A stretch of 63,694 nucleotides of DNA, filler included, from Reticulomyxa filosa (lineage: Eukaryota > Protista > Foraminifera), in the NCBI GenBank assembly GCA_000512085.1. It is 18 parts of 18 records of this genome, joined end to end, with 100 filler letters (N's around TTAATTAATTAA, not from the genome) between each part and the next. Parts side by side here need not be neighbours in the genome. Positions count along the whole stretch, not along the records: positions 1 to 5,003 come from ASPP01008137.1; positions 5,104 to 7,183 come from ASPP01009497.1; positions 7,284 to 9,850 come from ASPP01008429.1; positions 9,951 to 12,543 come from ASPP01020921.1; 14 more parts are not named here. One strand, written 5' to 3'. The translations under genes were made by a program, and so were the position numbers. The notes beneath the pieces were generated by a model. The model was given only the letters and a program-made list of their open reading frames with translations. It searched no databases and was not told where the DNA came from. Numbering within the stretch: the stretch's first letter is position 1; each line of letters opens with the position of its first letter. This document shows, piece by piece, positions 1 to 9,991 of the stretch.

Positions 1-131
1 ACTTTCATCACACTTTTTTTTTTTTTTTAGTTTGGAAAAACGCAAATAAGTACATTCAAACTTCAATACTCTCTCTCTCTCTAATTTATTCTCAGTAATA
101 TATCCATACATTAAAAAAAAAAAAAAAAAAG

Positions 132-479
132 ATTGATTGTGCAGAGTCCACGAGGGGAAAGGCTACGCGAAACAATAACGAAATTTAGGAACGAATTGAT
201 AACGCCCAAGTTTTGGAAGGGCATTTGGGTACTGTGGTTTTTATGTAGCTTGAGCAATTGGGGCGGCACTTTGATGGGGTGGATGTTCGGACTAAAGGAT
301 TTGCAGTCGATATCGTACGGACTGTGGAAGTTTATTGCTGTCATTATGATTGCGCTTTGTATCTATGTAATGAATATTACAAGAAAAAGAAGTCTGCTTG
401 TGTTTCAACAAAGCAAAGAGAGCTCGCCAGAGCGAACGTCCAAACAAATACAAGCAGTTTATTATTGACGTATACATAT

Positions 480-511
<32 letters not shown>

Positions 512-1021
512 GTATATGTATATGTATTATGTACATGTATATACATTATTCGTGTATATTGCACAATATTTATGTTTTTTTTTTTTTTGAACATTGATAT
601 AATAAAAGATGATTGATGTGTTATTTGTGAGATTATACGTATATACAATATGTGTACATGTGTATAGGCAATCCGGCGTTTACGTAATTTAATGATGTGC
701 GAAGCTTTGCTATGCCTTGCATTGTCTGCTGGTACTTGTTTTGAAGCGGCAAATTATTATTATCAACACACCGATCGCAGTCGCCATGAAGCCGAAAATA
801 TTTATGGTGGGAGCGATCTTCCGTTCATTTTGGTTTATTTCCCAATCTGGACTTTTGTTCATATCGTCTTCTTAGTGTATACCTGGATCCCCAAATCCTC
901 ACTGAAGCATCTAAACAGATCGACCACAATCGGCTCTCCTCCCAGTCGGCCATTACCGAAAAAGGATACAATTCCCAAACATCAGTATATTCAATTGGAA
1001 AGTACGGCGATCGACAAATAA
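132..1021 (+). CDS. 3' part of a multi-pass membrane protein, GPCR-like (last TM helices plus cytoplasmic tail); intron 470-667
   Basis: Hydrophobic segments (GIWVLWFLCSL, FIAVIMIALCIYVM, ALLCLALSAGTC, FILVYFPIWTFVHIVFLVYTW) are separated by a basic loop (AIRRLRNL). The GT(470)...AG(667) intron is filled with TATG repeats. One apparent frameshift lies near 410-420. Confidence 0.5.
471..545. repeat. (TA/TATG/TATATG)n microsatellite inside intron
   Basis: Directly visible; similar tracts occur in introns at 2375-2399, 12650-12730, 21240-21340, 36845-36890 and 49840-49895. Confidence 0.85.
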
Positions 1022-1954
1022 AACCTTTTGCACTGCAAAAGGGGGGGAGAAAGGGGGAGGGGGGCGTGCGAATCTCTCTGAGAAACAAACAAACAAATTT
1101 GTTTATTTAATGTTTTTTATTAGTTTCCCGACCAATCGTAACACAACAATAATACTTCACAGCGAAATTTTTGTTGTGTTTTTTAAATAATAATAATAAT
1201 AATAATAAAATTAGGAGTATCAATAATATTCATCGTTGTTGTTTTCTGTTGTTTGTTGGTTGCGCTCGATTATTGGTGTGACTTCTACTTTTTTCCCATG
1301 TATTGAATTCGTTTTTTTTTTTTAATTATTGTACACAATTTGTGTAAAGAAACTTATTTGTGCTAAAGTGGACTTAAGGAACGCAGTGACCACATTACTC
1401 ACATTTTAATTAGAGACTTACCCAAAGTTCAATTTATTTCTCTTTTTCATTGTATTTATCTGTTTTACATAATAAAACTTTCCAAGTTAACATTTGCAGT
1501 GTTCATTAAAAACAAAACAAGATAGTTCATCGACAACAAAAAGACTATTTAAATTGTTCTTTCTTTCGTTTTCCTTTTTCCACCTCTCAAAATTTTTCAA
1601 CTGCTATTTTTTACTGATAACTACACGAAGACAAAGTGTTGCTACCTTGGTCGCTTGTTTGCCGCAATAATTAGTATATATCACTAAGTTAGGCTTGTCA
1701 GTTTTTGGCGTGCAAAAACAAAACCTCGTAAAAACGCAATAACACATATTACTAAATGAACAATCGTACTTTTGAAGGCACGTTCATCATAAAAGTTAAG
1801 TGGATAATATTTGAAGTATCGGACTGAAAAGGTGCTGTTTACGTTAAAAAAAAAAAGTTTTGATTGAAATCCTGCCATTTAGCTTGTAATATATATATCT
1901 TTTGGTTTCTGAACCCATCATCGTGGACATTACTTCCAAAAGTATAGTTTTACC

Positions 1955-2938
1955 ATGTCCACGCGGAACTATGAAACTGTGGAGTTGTTTAATCGTAAAG
2001 TGTTCCATTATCACGGAGACATTACGAAGCTACGCGTGGGCTGTATAGTGAACGCAGCAAATGATGCTTTGTTGTCAGGCGGTGGGGTTTGTGGTGCCAT
2101 ATTCGACGCCTCTGGTGCGACACGTGCATTAAAAGCGGAGTGTGAGCACATATTGGAAACAGAATGTGCTGACACGGATGAGCGTGTACCAACAGGTCAA
2201 TGTGTATTGACAAATAGTTACGATTTGCCGTGCAAATTTCTGCTACATGCAGTTGGACCAGCGGAAGATGACGAAGATAGTCTCAGCGAGTGTTATTCAA
2301 GAATAATGGGGATTTGTTTTCAAGTGTATATTTATTATACTTTTATTCAAAGTCACATTAAAAAAAAACATTTATATATGTGTGTGTGTGTGTGTGTGTA
2401 ATCGAAATTGCTTGTGTGTTAGAATGAATTACGAAGCGTGGCAATCCCTTGTATATCGACAGGCGTTTTTGGATTTGATAATGAAAAAGGTTGCGAATGT
2501 GCGCTAAGATCGGTTCGTGAATGGTTTGAAAAAGCTTCAAAATTAGTCCCAGCGCACAGAAAAAGCAAAAAGCACGTAAAAAGGGCCCAACAATGGTTAA
2601 ATAACTCAAAATGGAAAGATAAGTGCAAAAACCCAGATACAAAAAAAATTGCGACATTTGATTATGGAATCACTAGAAATGATAAACAAGAGTCTGAACG
2701 TAGTTTCTTGGATGAAATTGACCAGGTCATTTTTGTCACATTTTTGGAAAAGGATAAATTATATTATCAACAACATATCAATACTTATTTTCCTGGATAT
2801 AAAGAGTTTAGGGAATTACAAGTAGTTTTAAGTCAAAAAGAAAAACAAAAAAATGCTGGCGACGAAAAAGATAAGAAAAATGAAAGTAAAAATAACAATG
2901 CAAATACAAACCATAACGAGAAAAAAGTACAACAATAG
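1955..2938 (+). CDS. Macro domain protein (MacroD/YmdB-like ADP-ribose-binding/hydrolase); intron 2324-2422
   Basis: Motifs HGDITK, IVNAAN..L.GGGVCGAI, TG....T.SYDLPCK..LHAVGP, SVAIPCISTGVFGF and VIFVTF. The GT..AG intron joins ICFQ|NELRSVAIP in frame. Confidence 0.92.
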
Positions 2939-3253
2939 ACTCAAATAATATTTTATAAAACTTTTCTTTTTATGCCAAGTGGTTTCTTTGCTATTGTTTT
3001 TGGTTCTACTTTTTTTTTGTTATGATTGCTAATGTCAAATAATAAAAGTTCGTCAATTTCATTTTATTGCCCCTTTTTTTTAAAAATAACTAAAAGTGAC
3101 AATTATCAACAATTTGAAAAAATTGTTCATTTGAATGTTTTCGTATCACTTTTTCATTCTGCACCAGTAAAATCATTACATTTTTAATTTTTTTTATATA
3201 AAATATAAAATGCTCACAATTTTCGTGTATTTTATTTAAAAAAAGAAAAAAAA

Positions 3254-3431
3254 CGGTGTGAAGTTAAATCATGCCAACCACAGGGCTGGATCGACATGAG
3301 CAACCGGGCACTCAAGCTACACTCTGAAGCTGTGTTGATATTAGCCACCATGCCCCTCATGCCAACATCGACGACATGACTAGTATAGTTGACTTTGCAT
3401 GCAGTACCGAACGTCGATATTTCCATAACTT
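3254..3431 (-). ncRNA. Candidate structured non-coding RNA of unknown family
   Basis: GC-richer island in AT-rich intergenic DNA. Several nested stems pair with G-U wobbles on the minus strand, and a T-run follows the 3' end. No family motif recognised. Confidence 0.35.
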
Positions 3432-5003
3432 GTACTATAAATCATTTTTTTGTGTATCAAACTTTTGTTAATAAATTTCAACAAAAACTATATTTCCAAT
3501 TTGTTCCAGAACTAATTGAATGTCAGCAACTGTTTTTTTTATTACTGAAATATGCGAAGTTGATTTTAGAATATTTCATTAGGAAAATATTAAAATTGAA
3601 TTAAAAAAAGAAAATTAATTGATCAAATAACAATACATTTTAAAAAAGTTCGTTAGCTAAGTGTGGCTCCCCAGAAACTATATTTCTAACAATTTTAAAC
3701 ATAGTGACGCATTATTATTTCATCTGAACTTTAATTTTCCATTCAATTGAATATATTTGAAATATTATCCTTTGTCTTGCTTGATATTTCGTGGGATCAA
3801 CGAAGATATTGAGTTGGGAATTTTTTGTGAAACATCATCAATAACTATGTTGTGACATGCCAGTGATCAAACAAACACAACATGTGCAACGCTATACCAA
3901 AATTGTAAAACTTTCAATGCTGGAGCAAATATTTTTTGAAATAGCACATGACATTCATCCTATAAAAATTTAGATTATATGAGGTGAGTTTGATGGCATA
4001 TTCAAGCATTAATACTCGATCAGAAAATGCAACCGCAAAACATAGTCTTATTTATTTTGATTTTTAATCTACAATAAATAATTTTGGTGTGACATCTTTT
4101 TTTCCGATGACGATATGCAAGAATTGAATATGATAATGATTATTGTGGACAAGATAAGATGATTTGAATGGCAGTTTATAGCATTAATAAAAGCTTTCAT
4201 TTTGGGAATGTAAATATTAATATACTTAAATGTAAACAGTTTTTTTATATTTTATTCATTTTATTAGCATTAGTTATTTTAATTATTTTTTACTTGCCGT
4301 TTGTGTTTTATTTTGTGTCTTTGCTTAAGAATTTGATTACAAGTTGCTTTGTTGAAAGAGTTAATTTTTTTAATTAAAAAACATCAAAGTTTCTGATATT
4401 TAACTTTAAAATTTTAATTAAATAAATAAACAAAAAAATGTAAGTAAAATAAAACAATAACGTAAAATGTAACTTTTACAATGCAGAAATGATTTTATCC
4501 ATCAAAAAAGACATTTTATAACAGTTGAAAAAATTAGTGACTCGATAAAGAAAGAATTTGAAGATGTTACCAAAACACAAGTAAAAAAAAATACATTGAC
4601 GCAGTTACACTCATTGGAAAAAACAGATTGAATACTAACAAAAATTATAAATTAAAAGATAATACATATGAAGCAAGGAGCTTTGTCGAAGAATATGCAA
4701 GATTGAGAGATGAAAATGAAAAATATACTTCAATTCAATTCTAATTAGTAATATTCAGTACAATTTTTTTCAAAAAGAATGTTTTTATTTATAGATTTGT
4801 GTTCTTTAGCCTTTTTGAAAATGAAGAAATGAAAAATATAAAGAAAAAATGTTTATATAATAATACTGTAAAAAATTGTTTGTAATTGATATCTCAGAAA
4901 TGTGATAAATTTGACTGTGTTGTGATTTGTTGATATTGATTGTATATAATAATTGTAAATATGTAACCACGTGCTCACTTTTCTTTTTTAGTGTAAAAAA
5001 AAA

Positions 5004-5103
5004 NNNNNNNNNNNNNNNNNNNNNNNNNNNNNNNNNNNNNNNNNNNNTTAATTAATTAANNNNNNNNNNNNNNNNNNNNNNNNNNNNNNNNNNNNNNNNN
5101 NNN
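5004..5103. other. Artificial contig linker (44 N + TTAATTAATTAA + 44 N); identical linkers at 7184-7283, 9851-9950, 12544-12643, 14745-14844, 21987-22086, 32763-32862, 34001-34100, 36408-36507, 37607-37706, 41501-41600, 44412-44511, 47360-47459, 49363-49462, 51359-51458, 59023-59122, 61149-61248
   Basis: Identical 100-nt structure occurs 17 times. The 12-mer places TAA stops in all six frames, a standard concatenation spacer. Flanks often end in homopolymer or microsatellite runs. Confidence 0.98.
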
Positions 5104-5127
5104 TTTTTTTAAAAAAAAAAAAAAATT

Positions 5128-5664
5128 TTAAACTATGTCAAGACTTCCATTGAGAGAAACAAACTCTTTGAAAATCAATGGGTAAGAGTCCAATAGGTTG
5201 GAAAACTCTCTCAACAAATGCAGGTTCACTTGTCGCAATAACATCGCTGTTGCCAGATTGGTTGCGATAAGTGCGTTGTGAAGGGGTGCCAGTGATAACG
5301 CATACTGCATTGTCGCGTCACCCAAATAACACAAAAAAAATCCTTTCACGGATAATGTCCCCTCGGCCAATACTTGCTTTAACAATGCTACTATGCCATC
5401 GCTCCCTTGCAACGACGAGTTGAATTCCACGCCGTTGTTTTCGGTCAGCGAACTCATCCAAAAATTGTTCATGTTCCAGTCGTCTGATTCCACCCATAAT
5501 AATGGCCTCTGATTTTGAGATGCAAAGAGGCCGTTGATCGATTCCAGCAAAAATATCTCACTGTCACTCAGCTCGTCCGTGTGGAAAGAATACAGAATTG
5601 TTCCATTTCCAAGCGCATACCCTCCTCTAAGCAACGATAATACGACAACCCACAATAACAGCAT
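5128..5664 (-). CDS. 5' part of a secreted protein with a GxGYxYP-family-like N-terminal domain (putative glycoside hydrolase family)
   Basis: Signal peptide MLLLWVVVLSLLRGGYA. The pattern LSDSE.FLLESINGL...RPLLW...FWMSSL...ALL...KGFFL...ALSLA...ALIAT...L...NL.LL resembles GxGYxYP_N. Truncated by the contig end. Confidence 0.55.
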   Translation of the reverse strand: MLLLWVVVLSLLRGGYALGNGTILYSFHTDELSDSEIFLLESINGLFASQNQRPLLWVESDDWNMNNFWMSSLTENNGVEFNSSLQGSDGIVALLKQVLAEGTLSVKGFFLCYLGDATMQYALSLAPLHNALIATNLATAMLLRQVNLHLLREFSNLLDSYPLIFKEFVSLNGSLDIV

Positions 5665-6377
5665 TTTGGTGGTTCAAAATAAACTCACTATTATCCGGAC
5701 TTTTTCGGAGTTCTATTTCAAACCGAAAAAACGTATATTAACACAAGCTATCTTTGATTTGATTTTTTGTCAACAAGAGCCGCGTGATCAAAAATAGCAA
5801 TCGAGCAGACAGAACAAAATATAAATACAAATATAAATGAATTAAATTGTTCGTTATGGTCAATATAAAATTACAAGTATTCGACACCCTGTATAACATA
5901 GGTGCCTTATATAGGCAATTAATTTAACATGAAGAAACAATATTTAATCAAAAATATTTTTTTCAGAATTTTTCAGTGTTAAATTCAATGCTTATGTATT
6001 GAAAAGATATTATTACTCTAAATTCTCATTGATTTGTCATATTTTCATCATTTGTTTTTCTCTTTTTTTTGCTAAATGCCAAACGAATGATTATTTTTTA
6101 AATATGAAAAGTATAAATACAATTTTTAAGTAAAATGAATTACTGTTTGGTTAAGTTAATTATTTTTTTTTATATATTTTGCGAATTTGATCAAATACCA
6201 GCATTGTGTAAAAGTTCAATAATTTAAAATGAGATAATTAATAGCCACTTGGGTAAGTTGAAATAAAATTTTCATTTTTCAAAGTAACAGTTTCGGAATT
6301 GTTTGGCATCACCGAGCTAAAAAATTTGGTTTGAGAGAAAGAGGGGGATAGGGGGGTAGATAAAAATAAATTGCACA

Positions 6378-7149
6378 ATGTCATTTGGAACTCAAGTACA
6401 AAAGCATTGGCGATTGGGAAAAGAACTCCGACATACAGTAATTAAAAAAAAAAATGATGCGTTTCTTGGCTCTTGAATTGGCATGAATAAAATTACTAAA
6501 GGTTGTTGGCTACTGTTTGCACAAAACCACTCTAACACAAGGTTCGGTTGGTGGACGTAGGTCCAACAGAATGGTACTTGCATAAAAGAAAAGTACCTTC
6601 CACAGGAAACGTGGGGAGCAATTATTTGAGAAATTTGTGTGTTGACTTCGAAGCCAAAAAATTGGGAAAAGCCAAAGAAGTGGCAAGAATAGAAGAGAGT
6701 ATACTACGTAATGCGCACATGACAAACATCCAACACGGGAGTGATTGTTTGCGAACATTCACAGAATATGTAACCTCCCCTTACGTAATGAACCATTGCG
6801 AAAAAGGGGTCCAATCGAAGGAGCGAGCGATATCAGACGTGATTGGTTTCAGTGTGGAAGAGTGTATGTCGTGTGTAAACGAAAGTTCTGGCGCAGTCAT
6901 TAAACAGTTGCTGGGAGCGAGCAGACCTATCGAAGTCATTGGCACCGTAGGCAATTTGTTTATCAATGAAAATACGTATACGACCACCAGCGAAACCAAA
7001 AATTTCCCCCTGTCGCAAATGACCGAATGTTATCACGAGATTTTTTCCACCATCTCCCCCATGGTCGATTACTTATGGATTCAAAACATTGGCAATTTGG
7101 ACCAGTTTAAAATTGCTTATGAAGTTGCCAACGAATACAATGGTTCAAA

Positions 7150-7182
<33 letters not shown>

Positions 7183-7183
7183 A
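6378..7183 (+). CDS. Divergent homocysteine S-methyltransferase-like (Hcy-binding TIM barrel) protein, 5' part
   Basis: Order and spacing of VRLVDVG, LRNAH....HGSDCLRTFT, EVIGTVG and VDYLWIQNI..L parallel LLDGG, H..Y..AGADI..TNT, VAGSIGP and VD.L..ET of PF02574. Probable first intron ~6438-6501. Truncated at the contig end. Confidence 0.6.
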
Positions 7184-7414
7184 NNNNNNNNNNNNNNNNN
7201 NNNNNNNNNNNNNNNNNNNNNNNNNNNTTAATTAATTAANNNNNNNNNNNNNNNNNNNNNNNNNNNNNNNNNNNNNNNNNNNNAATAATAACAAAAATGA
7301 TGACAATAAGAAGAGTTTTTACAGGTTTGTTGTTTTGATCAAAACTTTTTTTTTTTTTTTACTAAAATGTGAAAAGATTTTTTTGGTATATTTTTGTGTG
7401 CTTGATAAAACAGA

Positions 7415-7512
7415 ACAAAGGGGAAAGAAGAAGAAGAAGAGAAGAAAGAGGAAGAAAAAGAAAAGAAGGAGAAGGAAAAGGAGGAGGAGGAGGAAGAGAA
7501 AAAAAGTGAGGA
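7415..7512 (+). repeat. Purine-only (GAA/GAG/A-run) low-complexity tract upstream of the USP exon
   Basis: About 95 nt made almost exclusively of A/G; likely intronic. Confidence 0.7.
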
Positions 7513-7545
7513 AAATGCAAGGAGTAAGACAAATACAATAAATCA

Positions 7546-9850
7546 GAAAGATACTACGCGGGCCTGGTGAACGCAGGGGCCACGTGTTATATGAACTCGA
7601 TACTCCAAACCTTGTTTCATATTCCTTTTCTACGAAAGTCGATATTCGAAATTGCAATGGAAATCACCGACTGCATGTTGAAGCACAAGGACATTTGCTA
7701 CGAGTTCCAATCGTTGTTTATGAAGATGGAAGAGATGGGGAACAATCCTACCGAGTACTGCTCAGCAGTGACGACGGCGGATTTGATGGAATCGTTTGGC
7801 TGGGACAACTTGGACGCGTTTGACCAGCACGACGTCCAAGAGTTTTTGCGAATACTATTGGAAGCATTGGAACACAAACTGAAAGGAACAAACTGTGAGA
7901 CACTGATTCAAGACCTGTTTCAAGGAGAATGGGAGACAGTCATTGAATGTAAAGATGTGAAGCACTGCAGTGCTCGTCAAGAATTTTTTCACGATATATC
8001 ATTGAATGTAACCCCATCATCGTCATCATCATCATCATCGTCGCCAAAGCAAAGATCATACAATAACAATGACAGTCATCACTACAGCACTTGTTTGCCA
8101 ATTTGTACTACTTGCCCGAAACGAACGAAAGCTTTTCGATTGAAGAGAGCTTCGAGCAGTTTATTCAACGCGAAGAAATGACAGGCGAAAACAAGTACTA
8201 CGCGAACGACACTCTGGGCAAGCAGGATGCACACAAGTATATTCGCTTCTTGAAGTTGCCCACTGTGTTGGTTGTGCATCTAAAGCGATTTGCATTCAAC
8301 GCCTCGAGCGTAAGACCGACTAAGATCACCAGTTCATTCAAGTTCAAACAGAAGTTGAACTTGAATCGCTTTGTGTACGACCCTCATTCCCAATCATCAT
8401 CTGTTAATAACAATAAAAATGACAATGATAATGATGCTACTATCATCAATATCAAGAATGAAGATTTGAGTATGGATGACAAGGATAACATAAAAGATAC
8501 CAATAGCTGGCAAGGCTATTCCCACGTGGATATCGAGACTGGACCCTATCGCTATCGCTTGTACAGCGTGTTGGTACACAATGGAAGCACGAATCGGGGC
8601 CATTACTACGCCATTCTGTCACCCCAATGCGACAATATGTATTACCGATTCAACGATGAGGACGTGTCGTTGATGAAACACGAATGGCTGCAGTCATGCT
8701 ACAGAGGCCTTTGCAGCGCCTATCTGCTAGTGTACATCCGCGAAGACAAGATTCCTGAGCTCTTTTCCAACGTCAATCTGAACAATGATATCCCTTTGCC
8801 CGCCAAGCAGAACCGAAATAATGTCGAAAGTCGAGTGCTAGAGGAAACAGAAAGAATGAACGAGGAAAAGCGTAAGCTGCAACTGTTTCATATCCACGGA
8901 CACGGTCTCATGGATTTCCTCGAACGCAACACGCCGGAGATACACAAATGGATGACCGGACTGCCCGTGCTGCAATGGTCCAAACACGTCAAAATCGCCC
9001 CCACGTTGGAAGCCTTTTCTAATGCCATCCAAGACTGGAGTCGAGAGTACGACATCCCCGTCCAACGCATGCTGCTTTACCACTTTAGTGATAAGAATCT
9101 TGTCACCGAAGTTTGGCCTGAATCGCACGACTTTCGCACTCTATTGTGCTTGTTGGTGCTGGACACAGCCAAAGTTCCACACATCTTTGGTGATCCTTCT
9201 TTTCAAAATCTCAGCATTTCAAGTCTAAAGAGCGAGAACGATGCACACGCAAATGTAGTCTCGACATGCGAACATGCGCCTGTGTTTGAACAGGGCTCTC
9301 GCGTGGAAGCCAGTCGAAAACAACGTCAGCAGGGATGCGTGCTGCTGTGTGTCAAGTACTTTGATATTTGGTCGCAAAAATTGGAAATTATTGGATTTGT
9401 TTTGATAGATAAAGAGGCCACTCTCGGACACTGGGCCGAGCAGTATCTCATGAACTATCTTTTCTTCAATCAGGACAGCACTAAGACAGTCGACTTTGAG
9501 CCTATTCACAAACATCTTAAACCATGGGCCTGCGAAAAAATACACGAGTTGCGGACCATTCTCAATCATCCCAAAAGCCACAAGCGAGTACATCTGCAAA
9601 AGTTTGTGAATCAGAACTTGTATATTTACAGAGAATATATTGGCATTCGTAACACCACCATTTTAAGTAAATCCGGTCTAAAACCCAAAGTCGCTTATCT
9701 TACCTCTTCTCCGTCTACAAATTCATACGATTCTCTTTACGCCAAAACTATCTCACAACTCGGACTCTTGAATGGTAATGTCCTCGTCTTTCAACTACGA
9801 CCAGGCGCATTCGATTCCAGCCAAGACGAGAAAGCGCAGGTTCTCTATTA
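7546..9850 (+). CDS. Ubiquitin carboxyl-terminal hydrolase, peptidase C19, USP7/UBP12-like (internal fragment)
   Basis: Cys box GLVNAGATCYMNSILQTLF, SFGW....F.QHDVQEFLRILL, LPTVLVVHLKRF, His box LYSVLVHNG....GHYYA...YRFNDE.V and SAYLLVYIRE, plus a downstream KYFD UBL-like segment. Frameshift or short intron near 8010-8090. Confidence 0.93.
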
Positions 9851-9991
9851 NNNNNNNNNNNNNNNNNNNNNNNNNNNNNNNNNNNNNNNNNNNNTTAATT
9901 AATTAANNNNNNNNNNNNNNNNNNNNNNNNNNNNNNNNNNNNNNNNNNNNTACGTAAAAAAAAAAAAAAAAAAAGTTGTTTTGATACTGCG

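Noticed and set aside
3380-3395. ACUAUACU (minus strand) as a U3 snoRNA 5' box
   Set aside because: No following box A (GAUCA) or B/C/D boxes, and the position is internal to the island.
3760-4740. Coding-like remnants (also 19250-19530 and 26480-27200)
   Set aside because: Many stops and no recognisable family; probably decayed gene fragments, but they cannot be supported as features.
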